A DNA stretch of 64,000 nucleotides from Heterodontus francisci (taxonomy: Eukaryota): the NCBI RefSeq assembly GCF_036365525.1, contig NC_090373.1:66284441-66348440 (forward strand), written 5' to 3'. Positions 35,932 through 49,298 of this stretch are shown piece by piece. A program made the position numbers and the translations under genes. The notes beneath the pieces were generated by a model. It did not search any database. It was not told the origin of the DNA and saw only the letters and a program-made list of their open reading frames with translations. The stretch's first letter is position 1. Each line of letters begins with the position of its first letter.

Positions 35932-36067
35932 AAAGCAAAATATTGCAGACACTGGAAATCTGATAGAAAAACAGAAAATGCTGGAAATATTCAGCAGGCC
36001 TGGCAGCATCCGTGGAGAAAGAAACAGAGTTAACGTTTCAGGTCGATGGCCCTTCATCAGAACTCAG
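35932..36067 (-). mobile_element. Short Penelope-like-element terminal fragment
   Basis: Homologous to 49197-49298 and, inverted, to 49925-50020 and 50055-50182; carries a hammerhead motif. Confidence 0.75.
36027..36065 (-). ncRNA. Minimal type I hammerhead ribozyme motif
   Basis: Minus strand GAGUU-CUGAUGA-A-GGGCCAUCGACCU-GAA-ACGU-U-AACUC: 5-bp stem I, intact catalytic boxes, imperfect stem II, palindromic ACGU in place of helix III. Confidence 0.72.
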
Positions 36068-36689
36068 TTAACTCAGTGGGCTCAGTCAGTTATGCATAAT
36101 TGTTTTGATCATAGAATCAGTTTGAATACCCAGAAGAGGGAAGTGTCTTAATGCAATTTTTAAATGCCTATAACTTATGTCAAGATGTTTTAAGCAGAAA
36201 TTACTTTTTTTTAAAAAGGTGATATATTTTATTTCCGTAATAATGTTACTCTAATTAATTTTTACATACCTCCCAATAAATTTGAAACAGCTCATAATAT
36301 TTGGAGATGCCTTATAGTGAACTTGAGATGTCTCGGAGTAGCAGTTTTCTGTGTGATAGCTCGTTACCTAACAACAGGCAGCTGCCTAGATAACTGATAT
36401 ATATGTATCATACGTATCTCCTGTAACTCTAGCAGTTGCGTAGCCAGCTGTGCAGTGAAGTGCATGATGTACTCGTTAGAAATGCAGACAGTGTCGATCT
36501 GCCAATGGCTATATAAGTTTATATAGTAAGTAGCTGTGCTGTACAGACTGGTCGTACATTCCCAAGTTGGATCCCCAGTCTGCCCTGAGAAGCTAATCTC
36601 AGCTGCCACAATGGTAGGGGTGTTACAAGTTAGTCTCAGTGCTCTTGAGCGTAATTTTGACTTTGGCCAATGGTGTAAAATGCGCAATA

Positions 36690-37640
36690 TCATAGAATTA
36701 TAGCACTGAAGTAGGCCATTCAGCCCATCATGCCTGTGCCAGCTCTTTGAAAGAACTATTCAATTGGTTCCACTTCCTGTAGCCCTGAAAGTTTTGCCTT
36801 TTTAAGTATATAGTGGCCGGAATTTTACGCCGCCCCGGCGGGTTGGATGGTGGCGTGGGGGCAGCGTAAAATTAAGCCGGAGGCTCCGGGAAGCCTACCC
36901 GCCCTGCTTCCGCCTCCGGACAAGTTTACGGCAGTCAGGCGGGGGGTGTGGGGTGGGAAACAGCCTGCTCGCCCGAGGCCAATCAAGGCCCTTAAGTATT
37001 TTACCCGTGGAAAGTGGGTGTGCTGGGGACGTGAAAGGTCACCCAGCGATAGCTGCCGGCATTTACGCGCCCCGGTGGGGGGGGTGGGGGGCATGGCAGT
37101 CGGGCACAAGGTGCCCGATAGAGGGCCACTCCTGCCTCCCAACCCACCCCCGGGACCCAAGACACCCCCCTCCCCCGAAATGACAACTCCAACCACACCA
37201 GGGAAGGACCGATCCCCCGGTGAGGCATGCCCCTACTTAGCTTCCCTCCTCAATCCATGGCGACGGCTGGACTGCAGTCCCAGCAGTGGCCACTGCTCCC
37301 AGTGGCGCTGCTGGGACTAGGAACTGCCAGCCCGCTGATTGGCCAACAGCTCACTGAGGCGGGACCGCCTCCCTCAAGCGGGTGGAAGGCCCACCTCGGG
37401 ACAATTAAAGCCTGGGGACCCGTAAAATACGGGACAGATCCCCGGGTTAGGCGGAAGCGGGTTCGCCACCGACTTTCACGTCGGAGTCCGGCTCCCGTCC
37501 ATCCACCATAAAATTCCGGCCAGTATATCCAAATCTCTTTTGAAAATTATTATTGAATCAGCTTCTACCACACTTTCAGGCAATGCATTCCAGATCATAA
37601 CAATGCACTGTGTAAATAAATTCTCCTCATCTCCCCTCTG
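36690..37640 (-). mobile_element. CR1 3' UTR fragment split by a MITE
   Basis: CATAGAA...GGCCATTCAGCCCATC...GCTCTTTGAAAGA; matches 26700-26960. Confidence 0.8.
36815..37521. mobile_element. MITE, Harbinger-like, CpG-rich (probably young)
   Basis: 13-bp TIR GGCCGGAATTTTA / TAAAATTCCGGCC; AGT on both sides. Confidence 0.88.
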
Positions 37641-38689
37641 GTTTCTTTTTGCCAATTATCGGATCAACTGCCCACATCATATATCTCTCCTAGTTTTCAT
37701 GAAACAATATATAATGTATAATGGGTGGCTGTTGCTGGTTTAACATGAATTGCCCAAAATCAAAATGACACCACACCCACTGCACCTCACCCCCCGCCCC
37801 CCCCCCCCCCCCCCCACCCCACCCCACCCCTATACTTTGGGTTAGGAAAGAGAAAAATCTGCCAGGGTTCCTACTGCTGATTATTATCCAACAATCCCTC
37901 CTGGAAATGTGTGGACAACAGGTAAGGGATAGGATTGAGCTTGGCTCTGATATCCTCTACCTGGCTATCAAATAGGCTGCCAAGACTCACATGTGAGAAG
38001 CAGTCGCTTGGTCTGCCAATTTATATCACATAAAAATGCCACACTTCAAGCATTAATTAGTTGTTGATTAATGTGATGGCCACAATTCCAGGTAGCCTCA
38101 AGTCATGTAAGGTGTTTGAAAAAAAAGTTTCCAATATAAAATAATTAGTTGTTTATAATTCTACTGAGATGTGTGAAAATTACTTTGCAGTTCTGGCCTT
38201 CTTCCTATGGGTCTCCTCTGGGAAACAAGTGTATTTCTTAGGTTTAAAGCACAACCTTTACCAACAGCACTTCACTGGAGACTGTTCCCCTGCAGTGTTC
38301 TCACCTGTAACTTGGTTTAGCCTCTGCAGCAATGTCAGAGCTGAGAATTAACAAGTCAGTGGAGCAGTTTACCTACTCCACCCATTCCTCCAAAAATGAA
38401 CAGTATAATTTAAGCCAATAGATAAGAAAGTTAAACATGTGAGCTTGTTGATTTAGATTTTTTTTAAATTTTAGACCTTTATATCAATGGTTATGACATC
38501 TGCACATATATGATTGCAATGTATAAATCCACACTATGTTTTATATCTGATCCTTGCTGTTATCTATAAAGCCACTCCAAGTTTTACATCTGCTCATCAG
38601 AAGTGTCAGGGTGGCTTGCATCGATCAGTTGATATAAACTGTGGGGTGTGAGTGGTTTTCGATAATATATCACAATTGCACTAAACTAC

Positions 38690-39967
38690 GGGCTGAATTT
38701 TGTTTTTGCGCCGCCAAAAGTGGCAGCAGCAGAAAACTACGGCAGCCCGCAAGCACAGGCCATGTGCCGCCACGCCGCTGTGATCTTCAGCCGGTGGCGT
38801 CGCCTGTTTCTGTGCAGGCGCTGACGCCATTTTTAAAGGACTGCCAGGCCTGTGTTGAGAGATCAAAGTTGACCCGTACCCCCCCACAACTGCAACAAAA
38901 AATAAAGTTTGACCCATCCCCCACACCCGCCAACTACATCAGAAAAGCTCAGATTCCCCCTTTTCCATCTCAACTGCACTAAGTGCAGAATCAGGAGTGT
39001 GATGGAATACTCTCCACTTGCCTGGATGGTACAGCTCCAATAACACTCAAGAAGTTCGACACCATCTAGGACAAAGCAGCCCGCTTGATCGGCATCCCAT
39101 CCACCACCTTCAACATTCACTCCCTCCACCACCGTGCATAGTGGCAGCAGTGTGTACCATCTACAAATGCACTGCAGCAACTCACCAAGGCTCCTTCGAC
39201 AGCACCTTCCAAATCCGCGACTTCTATCACGTAGAAGGACAAGGACAGCAGATGCATAGGAGCACCACAACCTGAAAGTTCCCCTCCAAATCCAGACCAT
39301 CCTGAGTTGGAACTATATCGCCTCCTCTTTACTGTCGCTTCGTCAAAATCCTGGAATTCCCTTCCTAACAGCACTGTTGGTGTATCTACCCGACATGGAC
39401 TGCAGCGGTTCAAGAAGACTGCTCACCACCACCTTCTCAAGGGCAATTATAGATGGGTAATTAATGCTGGCAGAGCTGGTGATGCCCACATCCCCCGAAG
39501 GAGTAAAAAAAAATTGATCCCTTTCAACCCCCCAACTTACCCAAGTGCAGATTTCAACCCTCCCACCCCACTTCACGACAAATGCAAAGTTGACTCCTTC
39601 CACAACCCCCCCCCCCCCCCCACTTCAATACAAATGCAGAGCTCCCCCCTTCCCCACCTCGGTGGCGACAGCTTTCCCTGGACAGGGAAGTGAAGGTGCA
39701 GGAGTGCCGCACATCACTGGGAAGATCCGGAACTGCCGGTAAGATTGCTCCAGCTTCCATTTAAATGTATTTAAATTGCTGATTTGAATATTGAAATCTG
39801 GGTCCCCCTGCGGAGCGGCAGTGTGCTGCCATGGAGCTTCCCCACCGCTGGGAAGATCGAGCCCAACAATCACGGCATTGAGCTCCATGGCAGGCTACTG
39901 CCGCTCCGATCTTCTGGACCCCTCCTGCCGTGGAGCCCGACATTGGGAGCTCAACAAAATCCAGCCC
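38690..39967. mobile_element. MITE, Harbinger-like, containing a LINE 3' fragment
   Basis: TIR GGGCTGAATTTTGTT / AACAAAATCCAGCCC; flanks TAC/TGC. Confidence 0.82.
38990..39512 (+). mobile_element. Zenon-like CR1-group LINE 3' fragment
   Basis: Collinear with the reverse complement of 62330-62850; ends in an A-rich tail. Confidence 0.88.
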
Positions 39968-42867
39968 TGCATGTGTCCTCAGCCTATTCACAATAATTAG
40001 TGAATTGTAGGGAGTAAGGACTCAGATTGCACTTTCACAAATGTATTGGATTTTACTAAACCCTCTCCCCCCAAAAAAATCATTCTGAATTTAATGTGAT
40101 ACTAATAATTTATTACTTTAGTCAGAATTTTATTGTATACATTCTTATGATAAAAATGTTGCTGAGTTTACATTTGAATATAAAAGGGGAATTGACGACT
40201 GCAGCCTGCCCCAGTTAGGATTAGCTGTTTTCTTTACTAATATTATACATCGGTTTCACTAAATTGTAGAATGTCATGCCCTGAGGTAACATTTTGCTCA
40301 AGCAAATCATAGATGATTTTCCTCACAACGATCGACCAGTTCTAGTGTCCATACTATACCTGCAACAACCATTGTCTATTTTTGGACTAGAGATTTCCAT
40401 TATGATCCTGCTCAAAATGAGATGAGATTATAGTGAAGAATGAGAGATATGGCCTAACCTGTGTATCCCAATTTCCACTTCTGTCAAGACCGCTGCTGGC
40501 CTTTCCTTCCCTGCCCATCGTACATGAATGAAAATGGGGCGGTAAAGGTAAGAGCTCCTTTAGTATTCCCACCTGTCCACCTGTGTTACTGCCACTTTCT
40601 GGGGCTATCATGGGGAAAGTGGTAGTAGAACTGGGGAAATAGAAATAATGGTCCTCTCACTCCAGGCTGGCCCTTATCTGCTGAAGGCCCGAGCTTGGCC
40701 AAGGCTTTCAGTTAGACAGCTGGTCTGACTTTTGGGGACTTAAATCTCTTTAAGATCTCTCACGAGCTCGACTGGCACTGTAGTGGCATTCCCACTGCAG
40801 CGGCATTCCCACCGCAGCACCTTTGAGATTCATACTGGTGGGTTGCCTTCTGGTGGTAGAAATCCAGTCCATTGTGCAGCTCTGATGAAACCCGACCCAA
40901 AGAAATGGGCTGATGTCTGGGCATATTTAGAGGGGAACTCCTCGAAAAGGAGCGTCCTGCCCTTGATCCTCAGTGAAGTGAATTCATGTCAGAAACTCTC
41001 GTTTAGTACATGCTGTCACCTAACGATGTGCATATCTAAGTAGCATATTACAAACTGAAGCTACTAATGCAAAATGGGAAGGAGTAAGATTTCCTACATA
41101 TTAGTAACATCATAAGCACACTGGGGAGATTCCTTTTGATCATTACTTCTATAGCAAAAGCATACACATATTCTTATAGAATGCTTCTTGCCAGATTTTG
41201 CCAGAGATAGTGAATTAGGAAATCGTCCAGTTATTTTACATTGTTGTTAACCCATAGCAACCAGAGAATATCATTGTCCATGGACAATAACACTGATGTT
41301 TCTTTGAGTAATACAGTAAGTAACAAGCTTTTGCTGGTGCAAGAGTGCATTTCAGGGCTCCCTCATTCTCCTCCCTCTTGTTTGAACACCTTGGTGTAAT
41401 GCAGAATTCAAAACAGGTCTTTACTAAAAATACCATTAAAATTGAACATTGCCTTTTTAAAGCCTGTCTAAATCAATAGCGGAATTATTTTGTTGCACAA
41501 TTGAGGCTATAAGTGTGTGCAGTTCACTTCAAATGCAGGCAGATGCTGCTTTCACTTTGCCCTGAGATTCAGGTCTTGCAGGGTGACTGCCAATTATACA
41601 CATAATTATATAGCACAGGACATTACAAGAGAAGCTACTCTACCCACCACGCCAGATTGTATAACAGAAGAGAGAATTTACAGGGTGTATGTGAAGTACA
41701 GCTCCGGTGATTATAGACAAAGGGAGTCTTTTACAAGGTTTGTGGAAATGAGGGCTTGCAAGCCACTGACAGATCTCATTGAAATAAAAGAGCTGATCCT
41801 GTGGGGGTCCTATGCCACTCAGGTTCAATGAAACCATTAATTGTTCGACTGGTCCTGATTATCCTACAGCCAAAATGAGATCAATAAATTGCTATGGTCG
41901 TTAGAATTTTTTTTACCTTCTAACTGTGGGCTCAGGTGACAGCACTCATTATCTGCAATCCTCCATGTTTTGAGTCAAGTGGTGCTGTGGCTATGGCTAT
42001 GGCTCAGTCTGTACTGCCAAAGTTTGAACTCATTCATCATGTGGAGTGAGGAATTGCAAGAGGATTCTTTTGCAAAGGTTAAAGAGGAGGGACTGGGTGT
42101 AGTGGCTTAGAACACTGACCTTTCACCTCTGGGACCTGTGGTTGCTTGACAAGAATTTAACCTTTTAATTCTTCCGCTGTGGGAACATTAGGATTTTGAA
42201 CGGAAGTGCATTTGCCACTGGGGGAAAAAAGATAGTAAATCCACTACTATCCACCATGGAGGAAATCACACATTGCAGCCATTCAGTTAATTCAGAGATA
42301 ACGGCTGTATCTGTGAACTTTTCAGACCAGGGAAGTCCCAGGTTTGTGCTGAGCTAGACTGTCTCATCTGTGGCAGCTGTTGGGGTACCATAAATAACCT
42401 CAATACCCCTGGATTAGGGAACAGAAAAATTGGCGAGGGTTCTTACTCCTGGTTGCTGTGCAAATTTATTGGAAGTGCATGTGAAAGGACATCAATGAGG
42501 ACAGGATCATGGATATGCAGATTGGATTAGATGAAATAGGGTGGATAGAGGGTTGTGTGGAGCATAAACACCAGCACAGACCAGATGGGCCAAAAGGCCT
42601 GTTTCTGTGCTGTAAATTATATGCCATTCTAAAGCCAGCTGTGATGCTCCTTGCAGCTGTATAGTCTGTCAATATTCACTGTCACGTCTGAATAATAGCA
42701 GCTTGGATGAAATTTCAATGTTTGACTGCTGCTTATTTAACTGTACTCCATCAAGGGAGCCAACACCTTCAGGAAAAGATGGACTGGGAGTAACTAGAGA
42801 CAAAAATTTTAGACAAATCATGCCACAAACCCATTTTACTTTGCTCTTTGAGATCTTATATAGTTAT

Positions 42868-43445
42868 TTTATTCCTTCTCAGGATGTGGGCATTGCTGGC
42901 AAGGCCAGCATTTATTGCCTATGTCTAGTTGCTCTTCAGAAGGTGTAGATGTGCCATCTTCCTGAACCGCTGGACTCCTTGTGGTGAAGATACTCCCACA
43001 GTGCTGTTCAGTAGGGAGTTCCAGGGTTTGAACAAGTGATGATAAAGGAATGGCGCTACATGTCCAAGGCAGGATGGCGTGCAGCTTGGAGGGGTAGTTG
43101 GAGGTGATGATGTTCTCACGCTCCTGCTGCACTTGTCCTTTGGTGGTGGAGATTTCTGGTTTGGGAGCTGTTGTCTGAAAAACCTCATTGAGGATGTGGC
43201 TGTTCCTCCTCCTGTTAGTTGCTTAATTGTCCATCACCATTTGCGACTGGATATGGCAGAACTGCAGAGCTTTGACCTGATCCATTGGCTGTGGGATCAC
43301 TTAACTCTCTCTACCACATGCTGCTTCCACTGTTTAGCATACATGTTGCTCTGTGTTGTAGCTTCACCAGGTTGGCACCTCATTTTCATCGATGCCTGGT
43401 GCTGCTCCTGGCATGCTCTCCTGTTCTTCTCATTAAGCCAGGGAT
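42868..43445 (-). mobile_element. Zenon-like LINE fragment (3' tail fused to an internal piece)
   Basis: 42868-43185 matches 62340-62650. The 43186-43445 piece is assigned to the same family from recalled consensus only. Confidence 0.75.
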
Positions 43446-43659
43446 GATTCAATTATATGAGACCAGATTGGAGCTGATTATGCCTAATCAACTCCAATTC
43501 AGTCTCATATCGTTAGATATGAGATCTAAAAGAACAAATTAGTCATTGGAAACAACAGAAGATGCAGCTGTAATTTTCTTCTGTACAGGCATCAGAAGAG
43601 AGGGAAGCAGAAGCAGAGGAGACCCAAGGCCCTGGCCCAGAAACAGTTTAAGAGCTTTC

Positions 43660-43912
43660 TGGAATTGAAAGTTAGTCTCAGTAATGATGCCATGAAACTA
43701 TCATCGATTGTCGTAAAAACCCATCTGGTTCACTAATGTCCTTTACAGAAGGAAATCTGCTGTCCTTACCTGGTCTGGCCTACAAGTGACTGCAGATTCA
43801 CAGCAATGTGGTTGACTCTTAACTGCCCTCTGAAATGGCCTAGCAAGCCACTCAGTTCTAGAGCAACAAATGCTGCCCTGTCAGCGATGCCCACATCCCA
43901 CTACAGAAAAAA
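43660..43912 (+). mobile_element. SINE (Meta-like body and Zenon-like LINE tail), head missing
   Basis: Body matches 19152-19328; the tail GCAACAAATGCTG...GATGCCCACATCCCA matches the LINE 3' end at 39450-39500. Confidence 0.82.
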
Positions 43913-44369
43913 AATAAAGTTTAAGAATGTTGCAATATTTGCTTGACTACAGGGGCACCTTTTTACTGTATGGGACCTGGTGTAGTGCCATACGGTTTTC
44001 AAACTACACATCTTACAAAGCCAAATATATAACTGCCAGAACTTGCCAAAACCAGCTGCCAGGAAGACCATTTTTAGAATAGTATAGAAGCGCCTGTAGA
44101 GACAGACAGCACCCTAGGTTGCAGTAAACTCAGGAAAATTGTTCTGCCAGAGGGCCTACTTAAAGTGAAAGAAGTAAAGGTGGAACTCAGGGAACAGCTC
44201 AGCTGCTCAGACCTGTTCGATATAAGAATGGTGCAGATAAAGTAAAGTGATATGAATGAAGTGAAAGAGAAATATATTTCATAGTAAACCATTTGTAAGA
44301 CGTTGGTAACACTCTTGTTGGATAATTTATCAACACACATCAGATGTATTCATTATACATACTGAAATC

Positions 44370-44690
44370 ATTCCAAGTTCAACCCTTGGTGTGTACTGAG
44401 TTACCTACCAAACCTCAGCCAGGGCACCAGCAAGATGCTACAATTGGTTTTAGCAGTTCCAGATAAGGGCCAGTGGGTAGAATTAGCTAAGATTCCAGCC
44501 CCCAAATACTAGTTAACAACTCCTTCTGAATGTTCACATTCACAATGACTGGTAAAGTGGGATTGGGCTATGATTAAGAAGCCTGTTGACATTCACTGTT
44601 TGGGCTCACTCACGAAGAGTGGCTACTTGAACAAATGGTCAGCGGACTGCTGATGCCAGTGGGACATTCTTCCGAAGGTGAATCCGAATG
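44370..44690 (+). mobile_element. Ancient unclassified SINE-like repeat (other copies at about 28375-28520, 36545-36650, 37838-38012 and 42325-42460)
   Basis: Copies share CCCAGGTT...GTGCTGAG...CTACAATTGG...AGGG..AAAATCAGCCAGGGTTC-like motifs. Confidence 0.6.
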
Positions 44691-46010
44691 AGAGAAAATC
44701 AGAGAGAAAAAAATGAAGTAAAAAAAGATTTTAGAAAACAAGAAACTTGCAGTGCACCAGCCAAAAGCACACTATGTGCAGAAGGAATAAGATTTCAGTG
44801 CAGATCGGAATGATAAGACCAAAACCCTATTACCACAGTTTTACTCAAGTCAATGGACTATAACTTCTGATACACAATGTTGAGATTTATTGTGTCTATG
44901 GTTTTCTTTAAATCAAGAAAAATGGTCCTTCCAAGTCAGCCCTTATCAACAGCCTGATCTATATGTTCAATAAACTCAGTAAGTACTGCTTGGGTGGATT
45001 GAAAGGGACGGAATGCTGACTGATGCTTGCTATCAGATTGCTATTCATCCAAAAATTCATATGTTAGATTTAGAACAATGCAGTCCAGTAATTTGGAGGA
45101 TGCTGGCAATATGGAAATAAGATGAGAATTTCACAATTCACTATGTTCTGAGTTATAAAAATGGATGGAGATGGGCAAGCACCTATTCCCTGGGCACAGA
45201 GCTGCACGTAAGTGACAGATTCATGATATATGAAACGGGAAAAATGTAGGGCAATTTGATTTGAAACAGTTTGCTGGTGTGTAGAATTTAAGTAATCAAT
45301 ATAAGCGGCTGAAGTTGAAGTTCAGAGACTCCACTGCTTTATTAACCGGTCTGTTAAAGCTGGGTCTAAAGCTGGATGCTGCCATTATTTTGAATCAATG
45401 GCGCTCCACAAAAAGTAAAGTGGGGGCAGGGATGGTGGAGCTGGGCGAGGGGGTGGTGGGGCAAGGATCACAACTTAAATCTGCAGTGTTTAATTGTGAG
45501 CTGCCTTTATCTGAAGTATCAATAACTTACAGTGTAAATGGGTGTATTCGGGGAGTGAGTTTTACAAGACACTTTACTGTGTTCGTACATAGATACGATG
45601 TAATAGTAAGATAGCAAAATTAATAAAAAGTGTTTAAAAATGAAAATGCCAAAGTATATGCTACAGCACTAATCATTTTTGGCAACTAACTTGGCAGCTC
45701 TAGAGAAGAACAGGCTTTTCCTGGTTGCATAGGGAACTGACCCAGCATGACAATTTGGCTTGAAAATGTGCAACAGTGATAACTTGTATTTATGTGGCAC
45801 CTATTTTTAATTGTATTGTAATTGTGTTTAATTGTATTCAGGTGGTGGACATTAACTGTGCTCCTATATATAGGAGCGGACTGAAACTGTCGGTGTTGGG
45901 CTTGGAGATGCATATTTGTAATGTGCATCACTGTAAATAAAAGCCCATAAAGTGTATAAGGATGAGGAACCAGTTCTATCCTTCACCGCCTGGCTTTCTG
46001 GATTAGAACA

Positions 46011-47330
46011 TTTCTAATGTAGAAAAGTGTCCTAAGGCTCTCCACAGATACATAATCAGGAATAAATGGATGTCAAGCCCATAAAAGAGCTGGTGTGGAC
46101 TCAGTGGACCAAATGGTCGCCTTCTGTCCTGTACTCTGCTATGATTCTATGAAAAGAACAAAAAGAAAGGCTTGCATTTATATAGTGCTTTTCACAACCA
46201 TCGAATGTCTCAAAGCACTTTACAGCCAATGAAGTACTTTTTTGAACTGTTGTTAACTCGGGAATGTGGCAGCCAATTTGCACAGCAAGCTCCTACATAC
46301 AGCAAGGTGATTATGATTAAATCATCTGTTTGTGCAATGTTGATTGAGGGATAAATATCGTCCAGGATACTGGGGATAATTCCCCTGGTCTTCATCGAAA
46401 TAGTGCCATGTGCTCATTTTGCATCCACCTGAGTGGGCAAGCAGGGTCTTGGTTTAACATCTCATCCAAAAGACAACACCTCTGACAGTGCTGCACTCCC
46501 TCAGCACTGAACTGGAGTGTCATCCTTGATTTTTTTGTGCTCAAGTTCTGGAGTGGGACTTGAACCTGGAACCTTGTGACTCAGAGGCAAAAGTAATACC
46601 AACTGTACCAGGGCTGACACCATGAAGGTGATACTAAGAGAAGGGACCAAAAGCTTTGTCAAAAAATTTAAGTTTTATGGATGGTGTTAAAGGAGGAGAG
46701 AAAGATAAAGAGGCAGGGCGGCTTAGTCAGGCAATTCCAGACATGGGGGTCTAGGCAACTGAAGGCACAGCCATCAATGGTGGGGTGAAAGGACATGGGT
46801 ATGCATAAAAGGCAGTATGTCTGAGGTGTTTGTAGGGCTGGAGAAAGTTACAGAGTAGGAAGGGGTGAGTCCATGAAGGCATTTAAACAGAAGGCAAAGA
46901 ATTATAAATTGGTGGCATTAGGACATGGGAAGCACATGTAGGTCAGCAAGGACATAGATGATAGGTGAGCAGGACTTAGTGCGGGATATGGTATGGGCAA
47001 CAAGGTTTTGGAGGAGCTGAATTTTACAGAGGCAGGAAGATGGGAGGCTGGAACATATTACAATGGTTAAGTCAGGAGGAGAAAAGGCATGGCTGAGGGT
47101 TTAAGCAGCAGAAAAGCTCAGACTGGGACAGAGGCAGGCAATAATTCAGAGGTAGCAGGTGGCCTTTGTGATGGAAAGGATATGGAGTCCTCAGCTCAGG
47201 TCAGGGTCAGGTAAAATGCTGAGGCTGCAAGAAGTCTGTTTCAAGCTGAGATAGTGCAAAGAGTGGGGAATAGAGTTGCTGGCTAGGATTTGGAGTTTGT
47301 GGCAGGGGATGAAGACGATGGCGTAGGCTT
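46011..47330 (-). mobile_element. L2 3' region, decayed, with a nested CR1 tail (46091-46152) and a DeuSINE
   Basis: L2 tail motifs at 46011-46090 resume at 46620 and match 35520-35820. Confidence 0.72.
46155..46620 (-). mobile_element. DeuSINE/SacSINE1-type SINE, full length
   Basis: tRNA-like head on the minus strand (GGTTCAAGTCC B box at about 46556-46566), Deu-type body and L2-like tail. Confidence 0.82.
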
Positions 47331-49298
47331 TAACTCAGTATAGATAATAGTAAATGAGCATCAGTACCTTAATATGTTGAACTGTATAACTGTGTATCAT
47401 TTTCATACCTACGTCTGAAATCTGTATTGTGGCACACACACAGTATAAAGCAGATCCTGAGAATGCATGTGGACATCTTAGATAATTTAAAAAGTGACTA
47501 AAAATGGATCTAATTTAGTGATTCTCAGTTGTTTCTATTATTTCCATATGCATTCTTTGAATGTTTCCATAGTACAAAAATATTCAACTTACACAGCATA
47601 CTACTTCACACATCCAGCATCAATTTGTACAGCCCAAATTAATTCCCACTTAGGACCACCTTCCCAGTCTTTCCATAGTTTGATGCCCTTTTAAAAATTC
47701 CATTTCTGAAGTACCACAATAGAAAGAAGATTCTAATCTAGTCCCTCTAGATGTCTTGCTTCCTTATGCTGTTCTATTTTCTAATTTCCTGCTCCTGTAT
47801 CTTCCTCTCTTTAACACTCTCCCACATCTTGCTTGCTTTTATTGCAAAATCTCAAAGGACATTTATTAAGTTTTTGCCCTCCTTCATGTGACTCAACTGG
47901 GAAAAAGCAAAAAGACTTGCATTTCTATAATGCCTCTCATTACCTCAGTAATTCCCAAAGTGCTTTACAGCCAATGAAGTATTTTTGAAGTGTAGCAATT
48001 GTCGTAATGCAGGAAATGTGGCAGCCAATTTACACACAGTAAGCTCCAAAAACAGCAATTAAATAACGGAGCAGTGTAAAAGTGGTGGTATCGGATCGAC
48101 TGTCAGTTATATGGAAATGAAAATTGTGAACCATGTGTTAATGAGTGACTGATTCAATATCAGTCTTTTTACAATTTTATCAGCCAAAGCCAAAATGACC
48201 CCTCACTTTGTTCACTCTTCTAACACAGATATTAACCCAGTTCAATTGAACACATTTATTCTTCAGTTTAAACCAGAGACAAAAGAACTGGCCTTCTCCC
48301 CGCTTTCTCGATTGCCTGCCTTCATGGTTCAAGCATGATTTGAAGCAACCATGCTACTCTGTCTATGAAAAAGAATGAGTCTAGAATTTATTTTTCAAAT
48401 TGTTTTTGATATTCATTTTTATTTGAACAAAATCTTCAATTTGTGTGGGCATCATTTATAATGTCTCTGAAGCCCCATTAGCTTGGTGTAACCTGAGATT
48501 TCTCCCCCCCCCCTCATCCACCCTACTGTGTGAGTTCAGCTGTATGCTTTCACACATTACCTCATGTTTCCATTATGTGTTACTGTAAAAATGATATAAT
48601 GGTCTGCTTTCACACTACACATCAGAGCAGCAAGCAAGCTGTCTCAAGCAGAGGAGAGGACTGCTTTTCTAATACACGCTGACTAACCCTTTATGAAGAC
48701 TTTCAAATACTCGCAGCCATTATGTCTGATGACAATCCTAATGCTGGTCATTCTCAGCAGAAAGAGGCTATTGTCCCTTCTTGCATATCTGCCGACTACA
48801 GCAGCTGAAATGAGCACTGTATAAGGCTCCCTAAGCCTAGCCTGAGGGAGCAGCTCAATAGAGTTTATATATGATTTTCCCATCCGACTGAATCTGAACT
48901 GCTGTTCTGGTGCAGAGGGTGTGTGGAGATCAGGGTGGGGGAGGGGTCAGTGTAGGGGGAGGGGAAGAAAAGCCTACCAGTGTCCAAACTACAGAGGCAT
49001 ACTATAGACAGAAAATCTCATGAGAGTCATAGACATAAGCAATAATACTCAATTCCATTTCCAGAGTAAATGCTGCTTTGTGACAACATTTCTCAGGAAT
49101 AACCTCCATTGTTGATAAAACATCTGATAGATGAAAGGTATCCAAGATGCCCAAGAGCATGTGAATTTAAAGCGATATTAACACTTATCAACAAGGACAA
49201 AGTACACTGTGAATCTGGGAAATGTGAAAAGAAAACAGAAAATGTTGGATACACTCAACAGGCCAGGCAGCGTCTGTGGAGAGAGAAAAAGAGTTAAC

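Noticed and set aside
36825-37511. CpG island or promoter with Pro/Gly-rich ORFs
   Set aside because: Lies entirely within a TIR-bounded MITE; the same applies to the ORFs at 30000-30722 and 49316-49897.
41517-41831. 104-aa ORF in unique DNA (similarly 36364-36693 and 50600-50878)
   Set aside because: No recognisable domain and no convincing splice-site pair; lengths are compatible with chance.
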